64,000 nucleotides of DNA from an uncultured Chloroflexia bacterium (GTDB taxonomy: Bacteria; Chloroflexota; Limnocylindria; Limnocylindrales; CSP1-4). A model generated the notes under the pieces. That model did not search any database. It worked only from the letters and a program-made list of their open reading frames with translations, and was not told the DNA's origin. The DNA lies in assembly GCA_963828165.1 (NCBI GenBank), contig CAWHDR010000001.1, positions 2,208,001 through 2,272,000 on the forward strand, read 5' to 3'. Made by a program: the position numbers and the translations under genes. How positions within the stretch are numbered: the first letter of the stretch is position 1; the number at the start of each line of letters is the position of its first letter. Below, in pieces: positions 53,056-62,947 of the stretch.

Positions 53056-54390
53056 ATGACCAGCCCCGCGACCGTGGCCACCGACTCGGGCCGGCCGATT
53101 CGGGCGTTGCCGCTCACGCACCTCCTGCGCCTGTCCGTGTACTGGCTGGGGCTCATCGCCGTCGTCCAGGGCATCGGCGTCATCCTCCAGGAGCGCATCA
53201 AGGACCTCGTCCCGGACCCTACGATCCAGTACACGACCCTGGGCATCATCCAGGGCGCCGGCGTGCTCATCGCCGTCCTCGTCCAGCCGATCGCCGGGTC
53301 CCTCAGCGACTACACGATCAGCCGGTTCGGGCGGCGCAAGCCCTACATCCTCGTGGGGACCATCCTCGACGTCCTGTTTCTCATCGGGATCGCCACGTCG
53401 AACACGGTCCTGGCGGTCGGTGCGTTCGTGGTCCTGCTCCAATTCAGCGCGAACTTCGCCCAGGGCCCGTTCCAGGGGTATGTCCCCGACCTCGTTCCTC
53501 CCCTCCAGGTCGGCCTGGCGAGCGGCCTCGTGGGCCTGTTTACCGTGCTCGGCGTCGTCGTCGGCTCGGGGCTGGCATCGATCGGACTGGCGAACGGCGA
53601 TTTCGCGGGCCCGACCATCGCCTTGGGCGTGATCGAGCTCGTCACGATGCTGTCGCTGTTCTTCCGCCTCGATGAAGGGCGGGCCGCAAAGGACCGCGCG
53701 GGCCGGAGCTGGGCAGCCGTCGCCAGGGAGGCCTGGGCCCGGGACGTCTTGCAGGAGCGAAGCTTCATGTTCCTGGTCGCCTCGCGCTTCTTCATCCTCG
53801 GTGGTGGCGCGTTCCTCATCGGCCTGCTCGTGCCGTATCTCGAGCGAGCACAGGGCGTCACGGATTCGGGGGACCGCGCGAACCTCATCTTCGTGACGAC
53901 CGCCATCGTGGCGTTGTGCACGGCGATCGCGACGATCCCCGCCGCGAAGATCGCCGATCGCTTCGGCCGCAAGCGCGTGATCTACGTGGCCTGTCTCGTC
54001 GCGGGCGTGGGCATGACGCTGTGCGCCCTGGCGCCGACGGTCCCCATCTTCATCGGCGGGGCCATCCTGATGGGCGTCGGGCTCGGCAGCTTCCTGTCGG
54101 TCGACTGGGCGCTGATGACCGACATCATCCCGAAGGCGTCTGCCGGCCGGTACATGGGCATCTCCAACGTGGCCACCGCGACCAACGGCGTGATCGCCGC
54201 GTTCATCGGCGGCATCCTCATCGATGCCCTCGTCCGAGCCGGTTCTCCAGAGGCCGGTCCGCGGATCGCGTTCCTCCTGGCCCCGGTGTGGTTCGCGATC
54301 GGAGCGCTGTTGCTGCGCCCGGTCGTCGAGAGACGGCGCGAGGATGAGGATCCGCAGGGAGTCGGTCAGCCGGAACCGATCGTTTCCTGA
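53056..54390 (+). CDS. MFS transporter
   Basis: About 12 TM helices, SD...RFGRRKPY and ADRFGRK motifs; GAGGGAG RBS. Confidence 0.92.
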   Translation: MTSPATVATDSGRPIRALPLTHLLRLSVYWLGLIAVVQGIGVILQERIKDLVPDPTIQYTTLGIIQGAGVLIAVLVQPIAGSLSDYTISRFGRRKPYILVGTILDVLFLIGIATSNTVLAVGAFVVLLQFSANFAQGPFQGYVPDLVPPLQVGLASGLVGLFTVLGVVVGSGLASIGLANGDFAGPTIALGVIELVTMLSLFFRLDEGRAAKDRAGRSWAAVAREAWARDVLQERSFMFLVASRFFILGGGAFLIGLLVPYLERAQGVTDSGDRANLIFVTTAIVALCTAIATIPAAKIADRFGRKRVIYVACLVAGVGMTLCALAPTVPIFIGGAILMGVGLGSFLSVDWALMTDIIPKASAGRYMGISNVATATNGVIAAFIGGILIDALVRAGSPEAGPRIAFLLAPVWFAIGALLLRPVVERRREDEDPQGVGQPEPIVS

Positions 54391-55295
54391 CTTGCCGGAA
54401 AGCGGGCTCGCAGGGTCGCCAGTCGACGAATCAGCACGGCTCGGAGATCGTGCCGGTACAGCCACGGGATGAACGCCCAGAGGTAGACCAGGTAGTCCAG
54501 CCGGATCGGTCGCGCCCCGAACCCGAACAGGGCCTGGAACTGCTGGATGGTGAGTGGCAGCAGCGCGATGCTCAGCAGGACCGCGAGGCACAACCAGACG
54601 AGCCCCAGAACACGCGCCCTGGGCGCCAGGACGAACCAGAAGAACACCGGCACCCATTTCATCCACGTCGCGAGGGCCCACAGGAGGCCGGCCAGCCGTG
54701 GTCCGGTGAACTGGGCGGCCCACAGCATCAGCGTCAGGAGGAGGTTGATGTTGCCCGTGTCGAGGTTCGCCCCGACCGGGAAGGCGAGGAGCGCGACGAT
54801 GACCGCGGTCATGAGGGGCCGGCGCTGGTAGGCCCAGTGGACGGTCCACAGCAGCAGCAGGATCGTCGCGCCGCGCCACACGACCCAGGCGACGTCCCAC
54901 GGCAGGAGCGCCCACGGCGCGAACAGCGGCAGCATCCACGGGGCGTAGACGTACGGCAGGAATGGGCCGGTCGGGTGGTACGGGTCCCCGCCGTTGAGCC
55001 AGATCCGCACCCCGGCCCAGTACGCCCGGGCGTCGGCGCCGGCGGCCTCGCCGCGGCCGATCATGCCGGCGGCCAGCAACGAGAAGGTCAGACTGAGCAG
55101 CACGATCGCGATGACACGCCGGTGGTCATGGAGCCGGGAGGCCTCGCGCCGTATCGCTCGCCGGTAGACGCCGGCACGGCGGCGGGCCGGGGTACCCAGC
55201 ACGTCGGAGAGGTCCACCACGAGGCGGCCGCGTCCCCGCACGGTTCCGGGGGTCGGATGGAGTTCGGGTGGGAGTGGCGCGTCCGCGTCGGCCAT
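54366..55295 (-). CDS. GT87/DUF2029-like membrane glycosyltransferase
   Basis: DARAYW, GGDPY, PYVYAPW, GNIN, WMKWVP; multiple TM helices. Confidence 0.75.
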   Translation of the reverse strand: MADADAPLPPELHPTPGTVRGRGRLVVDLSDVLGTPARRRAGVYRRAIRREASRLHDHRRVIAIVLLSLTFSLLAAGMIGRGEAAGADARAYWAGVRIWLNGGDPYHPTGPFLPYVYAPWMLPLFAPWALLPWDVAWVVWRGATILLLLWTVHWAYQRRPLMTAVIVALLAFPVGANLDTGNINLLLTLMLWAAQFTGPRLAGLLWALATWMKWVPVFFWFVLAPRARVLGLVWLCLAVLLSIALLPLTIQQFQALFGFGARPIRLDYLVYLWAFIPWLYRHDLRAVLIRRLATLRARFPASQETIGSG

Positions 55296-55371
55296 GGACG
55301 GGCATTCTCGCACGGCTCGATCGGCTCTCCGGGTATCCTTCCCGGAATCGCGTAAAGGAGTTCGCCCGGTC

Positions 55372-56208
55372 GTGACCGAGGGATCCGTCATCATCATCGG
55401 CGGCGCGGAGGACAAGGTCCGCGACCGCGTCATCCTGAGCCGCTTCGCCACGCTCGCCGGTGGGCGTGACGCGAACGTCGTCGTGATCTCGACCGCTTCC
55501 TCGATGGGCGTGGAGGCCGGGGCCCGGTACAAGCAGGTCCTCGGCGAGCTCGGCGTGACCAAGGTCCGGACGATCCACGCGATCACGAGGGCCCAGGCGA
55601 ACGACGAGAAAGCGGCCCACGCCATCCGCACGGCGACCGGCATCTTCCTGACCGGGGGCAACCAGCTCCGGCTCTCGTCGACGATCGGCGGGACCCGGCT
55701 CGCGGACGCGGTGCTGGACCAGTTCCGCCAGGGGGCCGTGGTCGCGGGCACGAGCGCGGGCGCCAGCGCCCTGTCGAGCCACATGATCGCCTTCGGGGCA
55801 TCGGGGGCCACGCCGAAACATCGCATGGCCCAGATCGCGGCCGGGCTCGGCGTGCTCCCGGGCGTCATCGTCGATCAGCACTTCCAGCAGCGGAACCGAC
55901 TCGGGCGATTGCTCAGCCTCATCGCCCAGAACCCCAGCCTCCTCGGCCTCGGCGTCGACGAGGACACGGCCGGAGTCGTCGGTGTCGACCACGTCATGGA
56001 GGTCATCGGGCGTGGCTCCATCACGGTCGTGGACGGCGCCCGCTCGGAGACCGATGCCTGGGAGGTGAAAGGCCACCGCCCGCTCATGATCAGCGGCGTC
56101 GTGCTGCACTCCCTGCCGGCCGGCTACCGCTTCGACCTTCGTCGTCGGGAGCGCATCGTCGCTCCGGCGCTCCACGCGCTCCCCGGCGGCGAGGCCGCGT
56201 CGAGCTAG
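55372..56208 (+). CDS. cphB: Cyanophycinase
   Basis: IIGGAEDK, TGGNQLRL, GTSAGA (catalytic Ser), DQHFQQRNRLGRL, GVDEDT; AAGGAG RBS. Confidence 0.95.
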   Translation: MTEGSVIIIGGAEDKVRDRVILSRFATLAGGRDANVVVISTASSMGVEAGARYKQVLGELGVTKVRTIHAITRAQANDEKAAHAIRTATGIFLTGGNQLRLSSTIGGTRLADAVLDQFRQGAVVAGTSAGASALSSHMIAFGASGATPKHRMAQIAAGLGVLPGVIVDQHFQQRNRLGRLLSLIAQNPSLLGLGVDEDTAGVVGVDHVMEVIGRGSITVVDGARSETDAWEVKGHRPLMISGVVLHSLPAGYRFDLRRRERIVAPALHALPGGEAASS

Positions 56209-56236
56209 AGCACCAGCGCACTAGAGCACCAGCGCA
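56205..56236. repeat. 16-bp tandem duplication over the cphB stop codon
   Basis: CTAGAGCACCAGCGCA x2. Confidence 0.9.
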
Positions 56237-56280
56237 CGCCGCCGTACACTGGCGGCCATCCAAGGCAGGGGAGGGCCAGC

Positions 56281-59142
56281 GTGACCGAGACCGCGGAACC
56301 GACGACGACACGCGCACGCCGGCCACGGTCCAAGTCCGCGTCCACGACCTCCGCGGCCACGCCGCTGCCCACGTTGCGCATCCTCGAGACCCGCGTCCTG
56401 CGCGGGCCCAATTATTGGGCGCGCGAGCCCGTCATCCGCCTGCTCGTCGATCTCGGGGTCCTGGAGGACTTCCCGTCCGACAAGCTCCCGGGCTTCACCG
56501 ATGCGCTCGTCGCGCTTCTGCCGACGCTCGAGGACCATGCCTGCTCGCTTGGCCGGCGCGGCGGCTTCATCACGCGACTCCGTGACGGCACCTGGGCCGG
56601 GCACATCGCCGAGCACATCGCGCTCGAATTCCAGAATCTCGCCGGCACCGACGTCCGCCACGGCAAGACCCGCTCCGCCGGGCCGCGGGGCCAGTACAAC
56701 TGCATCTACGAATACCGCGAGGAGGCCGTCGGCCTCGAGGCGGGCCGGATGGCCGTGGCCCTCGTCAACCACCTCGTGGCCCCGGACGATCCCGAGGTCT
56801 TCTTCGACTTCGCGCCGCAGCTCGAGGCGCTGATCCGGCTGGCCGAGCGCCAGGCGTTCGGTCCGTCGACGCAGGCGCTCATCGACGAAGCCGTGAGCCG
56901 CGACATCCCGTTCATCCGGCTGGACCGTCACTCGCTCGTCCAGTTCGGTCACGGGGTCCACCAGCAGCGCATCCGCGCGACGATGACGTCCAAGACCTCG
57001 GCGATCGGCGTCGACGTGGCGTCGGACAAGAGCCTGACCAATCGGCTGCTCGACTCGGCTGGTCTTCCGGTGCCGCGCGCCGATGTCGTGGAGACGGAGG
57101 ACGCGGCGGTCGCCGCGGCGAAGCGGATCGGCTTCCCGTGCGTGCTCAAGCCCCTTGACGGCAATCACGGCAGGGGCGTCCACCTGGACCTGCGTTCCGA
57201 GGAGGCCGTGCGAGCCGCCTTCCCGGGCGCGCTGGGTCAGAGCCGGACGGGTGTGGTCGTCGTCGAGAGCTACGTCACGGGCAACGACTATCGCTGCCTG
57301 GTGATCGGCGGCAAGGTCGCGGCCATCGCCGAGCGCGTGCCGGCCAGCGTCACCGGCGATGGCGAGCACACCGTTCGGCAGCTGGTCGACATCGCGAACG
57401 CCGATCCACGCCGGGGCATCGGCCACGAGAAGGTCCTGACCCGGATCAAGGTCGATGATGCCGCGATCGAGCTCGTCCGCGCCCAGGGTCACGCATTCGA
57501 CGACGTCCCACCCGCGGGCACCTGGATCAAGCTCGCGCTGACCGGCAACATGTCGACCGGCGGGACGTCCATCGACCGGACGATCGAGGCGCACCCCGAC
57601 AACGTCGAGATCGCCGAGACCGCGGCCGGCATCGTCGGACTCGACGTCGCCGGCATCGACTTCATCTGCCCGGACATCGCGACCCCGGTCCGCGAGACGG
57701 GCGGAGCGATCGTCGAGGTCAACGCGGCCCCAGGGTTCCGGATGCACACCCACCCGACCGAGGGCGAGCCCCAGTACGTGGCCCGGCCCGTCATCGATGG
57801 GCTCTTCCCGCCCGGACAGCCGGCGCGCATCCCGATCGTCAGCGTGACCGGCACGAACGGCAAGACCACCACGGTCCGGATGATCAGCCACATCCTCAAG
57901 CTGATGGGCCGGCGGGTCGGGATGACATCGACCGACGGCATCGTCATCGACGGGCGATTGATCAAGAAGGGCGACATGTCGGGCCCGAAGTCGGCCCTCA
58001 TGGTCCTCCAGAACCCGACCGTGGACACCGCGGTGTTCGAGGTCGCGCGCGGTGGGATCCTGCGCGAAGGCCTGGGCTACGACCGCAACGACGTGGCCGT
58101 GGTGACCAACGTGACCGGCGACCACCTTGGTCTGGGTGGGATCAACTCGCTCGGCCAGCTGGCCAACGTCAAGGGCGTGGTCGTGGAGGCGGTACCCCGC
58201 TCCGGTACGGCCGTGCTGAACGCCGACGACAGCCACGTCTACCGGATGGGTCGCCACTGCGCCGGACGGGTCGTGCTGTTCAGCATGGCCACCAAGAAGG
58301 GCGAGGACGGCTTCGACCGCATCGACGGCCACACGAGCCGTGGCAATCCCGCGTTCTGCCTCGAACCGAGCGCCGAGGGAGAGTTGATCGTGTTGCGCCT
58401 CGGCAGCCGCAAGATGCCAGTCCTCTACACGCACCTGATCCCGGCGACGTTCGGGGGACGGGCGCGGATGAATGTGGCGAACGCGCTGGCCGCTGCGGCC
58501 GCGGCGTGGGCCACGGGAGCGCACCTGCACGACATCCGTCAGGGGCTGCGGACCTTCACGACGTCGTTCTTCCAGGCGCCGGGTCGCCTCAATCTGCTCG
58601 ATGTCGGTGGGGTGCGGGTCGTGATCGACTACTGCCATAACGTCGATGGCATGCGCCAGCTCGCGGATTTCGTCGAGCGGATGATGGTCGAGCCGCAGAC
58701 CAAAGCCGGACGGATCGGCTCATCGGCGCCGGCCGCGCGGTCAGGTCGGGCGATCGGCGTCCTCGGCATCCCGGGCGACCGCCGGGACGAGGATCAGCGC
58801 GAGTACGGTGCGATCGCGGCGGGTGCCTTCGACGAGATCATCGTGCGCGAGGACAAGAACCTGCGCGGCCGGGCGCCGGGTGAGACCGCGACGAACGTGA
58901 TCGAGGGCGTGCGTAGCGCCAAGACGGCCGGGAACTCGCGGACGACCCGGGCCGACAAGGTCCTCGAGGAGATGACCGCGGTCCGCACGGCGCTCCGCCG
59001 AGCGATCCCCGGCGATCTCGTCGTGTGCTGCGTGGACGATGCGATCGGTGTCTACCGCGAGGCGATGGCCGCCGCGGGCGCATCACGCGCCGGCGGGATG
59101 GCGTTCGCGGATCCGGGCGAGCTCGAGGCGCCCGAGGGGTAG
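56281..59142 (+). CDS. cphA: Cyanophycin synthetase
   Basis: N-domain LRGPNYW, HACS...GHIAEH; ATP-grasp KPLDGNHGRGV, EVNAAPG; Mur-ligase TGTNGKTT, DYCHN. Confidence 0.96.
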   Translation: MTETAEPTTTRARRPRSKSASTTSAATPLPTLRILETRVLRGPNYWAREPVIRLLVDLGVLEDFPSDKLPGFTDALVALLPTLEDHACSLGRRGGFITRLRDGTWAGHIAEHIALEFQNLAGTDVRHGKTRSAGPRGQYNCIYEYREEAVGLEAGRMAVALVNHLVAPDDPEVFFDFAPQLEALIRLAERQAFGPSTQALIDEAVSRDIPFIRLDRHSLVQFGHGVHQQRIRATMTSKTSAIGVDVASDKSLTNRLLDSAGLPVPRADVVETEDAAVAAAKRIGFPCVLKPLDGNHGRGVHLDLRSEEAVRAAFPGALGQSRTGVVVVESYVTGNDYRCLVIGGKVAAIAERVPASVTGDGEHTVRQLVDIANADPRRGIGHEKVLTRIKVDDAAIELVRAQGHAFDDVPPAGTWIKLALTGNMSTGGTSIDRTIEAHPDNVEIAETAAGIVGLDVAGIDFICPDIATPVRETGGAIVEVNAAPGFRMHTHPTEGEPQYVARPVIDGLFPPGQPARIPIVSVTGTNGKTTTVRMISHILKLMGRRVGMTSTDGIVIDGRLIKKGDMSGPKSALMVLQNPTVDTAVFEVARGGILREGLGYDRNDVAVVTNVTGDHLGLGGINSLGQLANVKGVVVEAVPRSGTAVLNADDSHVYRMGRHCAGRVVLFSMATKKGEDGFDRIDGHTSRGNPAFCLEPSAEGELIVLRLGSRKMPVLYTHLIPATFGGRARMNVANALAAAAAAWATGAHLHDIRQGLRTFTTSFFQAPGRLNLLDVGGVRVVIDYCHNVDGMRQLADFVERMMVEPQTKAGRIGSSAPAARSGRAIGVLGIPGDRRDEDQREYGAIAAGAFDEIIVREDKNLRGRAPGETATNVIEGVRSAKTAGNSRTTRADKVLEEMTAVRTALRRAIPGDLVVCCVDDAIGVYREAMAAAGASRAGGMAFADPGELEAPEG

Positions 59143-59144
59143 GG

Positions 59145-59240
59145 TCAGGCTCGCCCCATGTTCGCCTGCACCGTGCGGATGATGAAGACGATCTCCAGGG
59201 CGGCGATCACGATCAGCGCGATGCCGACGAACATCTCCAC
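59145..59240 (-). CDS. 31-aa single-TM small protein (MEMFVGIALIVIAALEIVFIIRTVQANMGRA)
   Basis: GGAGG RBS upstream of GTG, hydrophobic helix, GC3-rich codons; not in the supplied ORF track. Confidence 0.6.
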   Translation of the reverse strand: MEMFVGIALIVIAALEIVFIIRTVQANMGRA

Positions 59241-59321
59241 GGGTAGCCCTCCGCTGGGGCCGGCCAGGACCTCCGACCGATCCCGCGCGCATCATGCGCC
59301 CTGCCGGCGAGCGACCGCAAA

Positions 59322-59470
59322 TTCGCTGACAGTGAACGTCGGCGCGCCGAAGCCTTTCTGGAGGTTCTGGTTGCCGCCCCTGCTGTCGGCGCATTCATCG
59401 GCGCTGAAGCCCTTGGACCCAGGTCGCCCTCGAAGGCAGGCATAGATGGAACGGATTCACCGACAGCGAA
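59322..59470. repeat. Gene-less three-box palindromic array, family 2
   Basis: TTCGCTGACAGTGAA (59322), TTCATCGGCGCTGAA (59394), TTCACCGACAGCGAA (59456); spacings 72 and 62; outer boxes match the 43774 box or its reverse complement at 14/15. Confidence 0.8.
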
Positions 59471-59515
59471 GAACTGGGGTCCCCGCGCTCGGATTGATCT
59501 TGCGGCGAACCCGGC

Positions 59516-61261
59516 TCAGTCGCGGCGCGGGCGGTCCTGGAGCCTCGGTACGAGCCGGGTCAGTTCGTCGGCCACGTCGACCGGCCGCGCCCCCAGCTCG
59601 GACAGCAGCGCGAAGACCTCGTCGCGCTCCTCATGGCACATGAGCACGATCACGCGCGGCCGCTGCGCCCCCGAGCCGTTGATCTCCGCCCGCAAGGCAG
59701 CCGTTTCCGACTCGTAGATCGGGACATCGGCCACGACCCCGCCGCCGGCCTTCACGCCGTCGAGCAGCTCGCCGATCACGGATGACGCGGTCCGGCCGCG
59801 GAGGTATTTGCTCGTTTCCTTGATCGCGACCCGTTGCGCCCGTCCTGCGGCGATGCGCCCGATCCCGCGCAGCGTGTCGTCGGGGCGGTCGCCGGCGGTG
59901 CCGATGATCGCGGTGATCGATGCCGCCCGGCCGGCCCCGCCCGCTGCGATCCCCTCGGCGACATCGAGGACTGCCGAGATCCCAGCCTCGTTGTGGGCGA
60001 AATCCACGATCACCAGCTGCGAGCCGAGACGGAACAGGTTGAGCCGACCGGGCGAACGGTCGGTCGAAGGACGGAAGTCCAGGAGACCGTCGCGGACCTG
60101 CGCGATCGATGCGCCCAGGCCGCGTGCGCCACCGGCCGCCGCGAGCGCGTTCGCGACGTTGTGCCGGGCGAGGCCACCGATCGCGATCGGGATCCGCGCC
60201 GCTTCGGCGATCTTCGTGGCGGACGTCCCCGATGCCTCGATGAGCCAGCCGTCCCGCAGCAGGTAGGCGCGACCGCCGTTCGCGACGTGGCGACGAACCC
60301 GGGGAGGGCCCTGGCCATTGCGGTCCATCGAGAAGAAGGCCACGTTGGCGCGGACCCGGCGTGCCACGGCCGCGACGAGGGGGTCATCGCCGTTGAGCAC
60401 GACCCAGCCGTCCGGTTTCGTGATCCGGCACACGGTCGACTTGACTTCGGCGAGCTCCGGCAGGGTATGGATGCCTTGCAGGTCGAGGTGATCAGACGAG
60501 ACGTTGGTGAGGATGGACGCGTCGTTCAATTCGTAGCCCATCCCGCGCAGCACGATCCCGCCGCGAGCGGTCTCGAGGACGCCGACCTCGATATCCGATC
60601 TGGCAAGGACCTGCTGCGCGCCGGCGGGCCCGGTCCAGTCGCCGGCCTCAACCAGCCGCTCGTCGATGAGGACCCCGTCCGAGGTCGTCGTGCCGACATG
60701 CTTCCCGGCCCTGACCAGGATGTGGGTGATCAGCCGCGTCACCGTGGACTTGCCGTTGGTCCCCGAGATGGACACGATCGGCACGCGCCGTTCCGAGTCG
60801 CGGATCCAGGTCGGTGGTTCGGTGCGGGCCGCCGCGATCCGCTCGCTCCAGCGGGCCCACAGCCGCTCCTGGGCACCGGTCAGCTGCGCGGTCCGAGACG
60901 GCGAGACGTCGCGGTCGGCGAGGGCCATGGCCGCCTCGGTCAGGACGCGGGCGCGTTCCTCCCCGGTCCACGGGAACGTGATGATCCAGTGACCCGGGTC
61001 CGAAGATCGATGCACCGCCAGGCCCGCCCGCCCCTCGCCGTGGTCCACGCGGAGCCGGCGAACCCAGGCCACGATCGCGGCGATGGGATCGGGCCACTCT
61101 CGGGCCGGCACGGTGGCGCCGAGCCAGACGAGGGCGTGGCGGCCGGGATCGCGCTGTCCGTACCACGTCCGGCGACGACCGACCGCGACCTCCACCTTGA
61201 CCACCGGCTCGAGCCGGTAGACATTCGGTCCCTCGAGCAGGCGGATCTCGACCAGTCGCAC
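59516..61261 (-). CDS. CphA-like Mur-ligase-domain protein lacking the ATP-grasp domain
   Basis: Starts VRLVEIRLLEGPNVY (CphA N-domain-like), then directly SGTNGKST, ETARGGI, SPGRLN, DFAHN, GDR; TATCCT-N9-GTG. Confidence 0.85.
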   Translation of the reverse strand: MRLVEIRLLEGPNVYRLEPVVKVEVAVGRRRTWYGQRDPGRHALVWLGATVPAREWPDPIAAIVAWVRRLRVDHGEGRAGLAVHRSSDPGHWIITFPWTGEERARVLTEAAMALADRDVSPSRTAQLTGAQERLWARWSERIAAARTEPPTWIRDSERRVPIVSISGTNGKSTVTRLITHILVRAGKHVGTTTSDGVLIDERLVEAGDWTGPAGAQQVLARSDIEVGVLETARGGIVLRGMGYELNDASILTNVSSDHLDLQGIHTLPELAEVKSTVCRITKPDGWVVLNGDDPLVAAVARRVRANVAFFSMDRNGQGPPRVRRHVANGGRAYLLRDGWLIEASGTSATKIAEAARIPIAIGGLARHNVANALAAAGGARGLGASIAQVRDGLLDFRPSTDRSPGRLNLFRLGSQLVIVDFAHNEAGISAVLDVAEGIAAGGAGRAASITAIIGTAGDRPDDTLRGIGRIAAGRAQRVAIKETSKYLRGRTASSVIGELLDGVKAGGGVVADVPIYESETAALRAEINGSGAQRPRVIVLMCHEERDEVFALLSELGARPVDVADELTRLVPRLQDRPRRD

Positions 61262-61306
61262 GGTCCGGGCAGGATAGCAATCCGGGCGCCGCGTAGACTG
61301 GCCGCG

Positions 61307-62548
61307 ATGACGAGCGGGACGACGGCCACCGACCTCGAGATCGACGCGCTCCGCGGTTCGATCGCGGCGGACCTCCCGGCCTACCTCGCCGACCTGGAGA
61401 AGCTCGTCAACATCGACTGTGGCACCTACACGCCCGATGGCGTGAACGAGGTGGGCCGCTGGACCGCCGGCTTCCTGTCCGATCTGGGGGCAGAGATCGA
61501 CATCCGGCCCGATCCGGGCGGCCGTTTCGGGAACACGGTCGTGGCGACGTTCCACGGCATGGCCGATGGCCCGCGGGTCCTGCTGATCGGCCACATGGAC
61601 ACCGTGTTCGACCCAGGGACTGCCGCGGAGCGCCCATTCCGGATCGACGACGGCAACGCCCACGGACCGGGCGTGACCGACATGAAGTCCGGCCTGCTCG
61701 CCGGTCTCTACGCGCTGAAGTCGATCCTTGGTGAGCTCGGCGGCCTGCCCTTCGAGCGCCTGACCTTCATCGCCAACCCGGATGAGGAGATCGGCTCCCC
61801 GTCGTCGGTCGACCACATCCGGGAGGCGGCCGCGGACGTCGACGTCTGCCTGGTCCTCGAGTGTGCCCGCGCCAACGGCGACATCGTGTCGGCCCGCAAG
61901 GGCATCCTCGATACGCGCTTGACCGTGCACGGTCGCGCGGCCCACGCGGGCGTGGAGCCGGAGAAGGGGCGCAACGCGATCCTCGAGGCCGCGCGGATCG
62001 TCCGCGAGCTGCACGAGCTCAACGGACGCTGGCCGGGCGTGACCGTGAACGTCGGCAAGATCGCCGGTGGCACGCGACCCAACGTCGTCCCCGAGCGCTG
62101 CGAACTCGAAGTCGATGTTCGCGCCACGAGCGCCGATGGCCTCGCGGAGGTGAAGCAAGCGATCATGGATGTCGTCGCCGCGACCGAGATCGAGGGCACC
62201 TCCGTCGAGCCGCACGTGATGGTCGCCTGGCAGCCCATGGAGAAGCTCGCTCGAAGCGGTCGCCTCGTCGAGCACGCCCAGGTCGTGGCGAGTCGACTGG
62301 GCTTCGAGGTGCACGACACCGCGACCGGTGGCGCGTCGGATGCGAACACGACCTCCGGCATGGGCGTCCCGACCCTCGACGGGCTTGGACCGATCGGTGG
62401 CAACGACCATTCGCCGGCCGAGTACCTCGAAGTTGACTCGATCGTGCCCCGGATCGCGCTGTTGGCTGGTCTCCTGCTGGCGATCGCCCGCGATCCCGAG
62501 GTCCTCGCCTGGCGCGCCGACGACCCGCGTTTCGTCGCCGCGGAGTGA
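61307..62548 (+). CDS. M20 family metallopeptidase (glutamate carboxypeptidase G2-like)
   Basis: GHMDTVF, GPGVTDMKSG, DEEIGS, AAHAG, GGASDAN; TAGACT-N7-ATG. Confidence 0.92.
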   Translation: MTSGTTATDLEIDALRGSIAADLPAYLADLEKLVNIDCGTYTPDGVNEVGRWTAGFLSDLGAEIDIRPDPGGRFGNTVVATFHGMADGPRVLLIGHMDTVFDPGTAAERPFRIDDGNAHGPGVTDMKSGLLAGLYALKSILGELGGLPFERLTFIANPDEEIGSPSSVDHIREAAADVDVCLVLECARANGDIVSARKGILDTRLTVHGRAAHAGVEPEKGRNAILEAARIVRELHELNGRWPGVTVNVGKIAGGTRPNVVPERCELEVDVRATSADGLAEVKQAIMDVVAATEIEGTSVEPHVMVAWQPMEKLARSGRLVEHAQVVASRLGFEVHDTATGGASDANTTSGMGVPTLDGLGPIGGNDHSPAEYLEVDSIVPRIALLAGLLLAIARDPEVLAWRADDPRFVAAE

Positions 62549-62937
62549 GCGGCGAGCGGCGACGGGTCTCGTCGGGCGGGCCGTGGGAGCGGGTCGCCGG
62601 GTATAGCCGGGCCATCGTCGTCGGCGATGCGTGCTGGGTGGCCGGAACGACGGACGCCGGCCCGGACGGCACGTCCCAGCACCCCGGAGACGTCGCCGCT
62701 CAGGCGCGGGCCGTCCTCGAGATCATCGAACGCGCACTGGCCGAGGGCGGCTTCGCGCTGGGGGACGTCGTGCGGACACGGATGTTCGTCACCGACATGG
62801 CCAATTCAGCCGCGCTGCTGGCGATCCACGGCGAGGTCTTCGCGGAGATCCGACCGGCGGCCACGCTGGTTGCGGTCGCCGCGCTCATGCACCCGAGCCT
62901 GCTCGTCGAGATCGAGGCCGAGGCGCGCCGCGGCTGA
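62545..62937 (+). CDS. RidA/YjgF family protein
   Basis: WERVAGYSRA, DVVRTR, RPAAT, LVEIEA. Confidence 0.92.
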   Translation: MSGERRRVSSGGPWERVAGYSRAIVVGDACWVAGTTDAGPDGTSQHPGDVAAQARAVLEIIERALAEGGFALGDVVRTRMFVTDMANSAALLAIHGEVFAEIRPAATLVAVAALMHPSLLVEIEAEARRG

Positions 62938-62947
62938 ACGACGCGGC

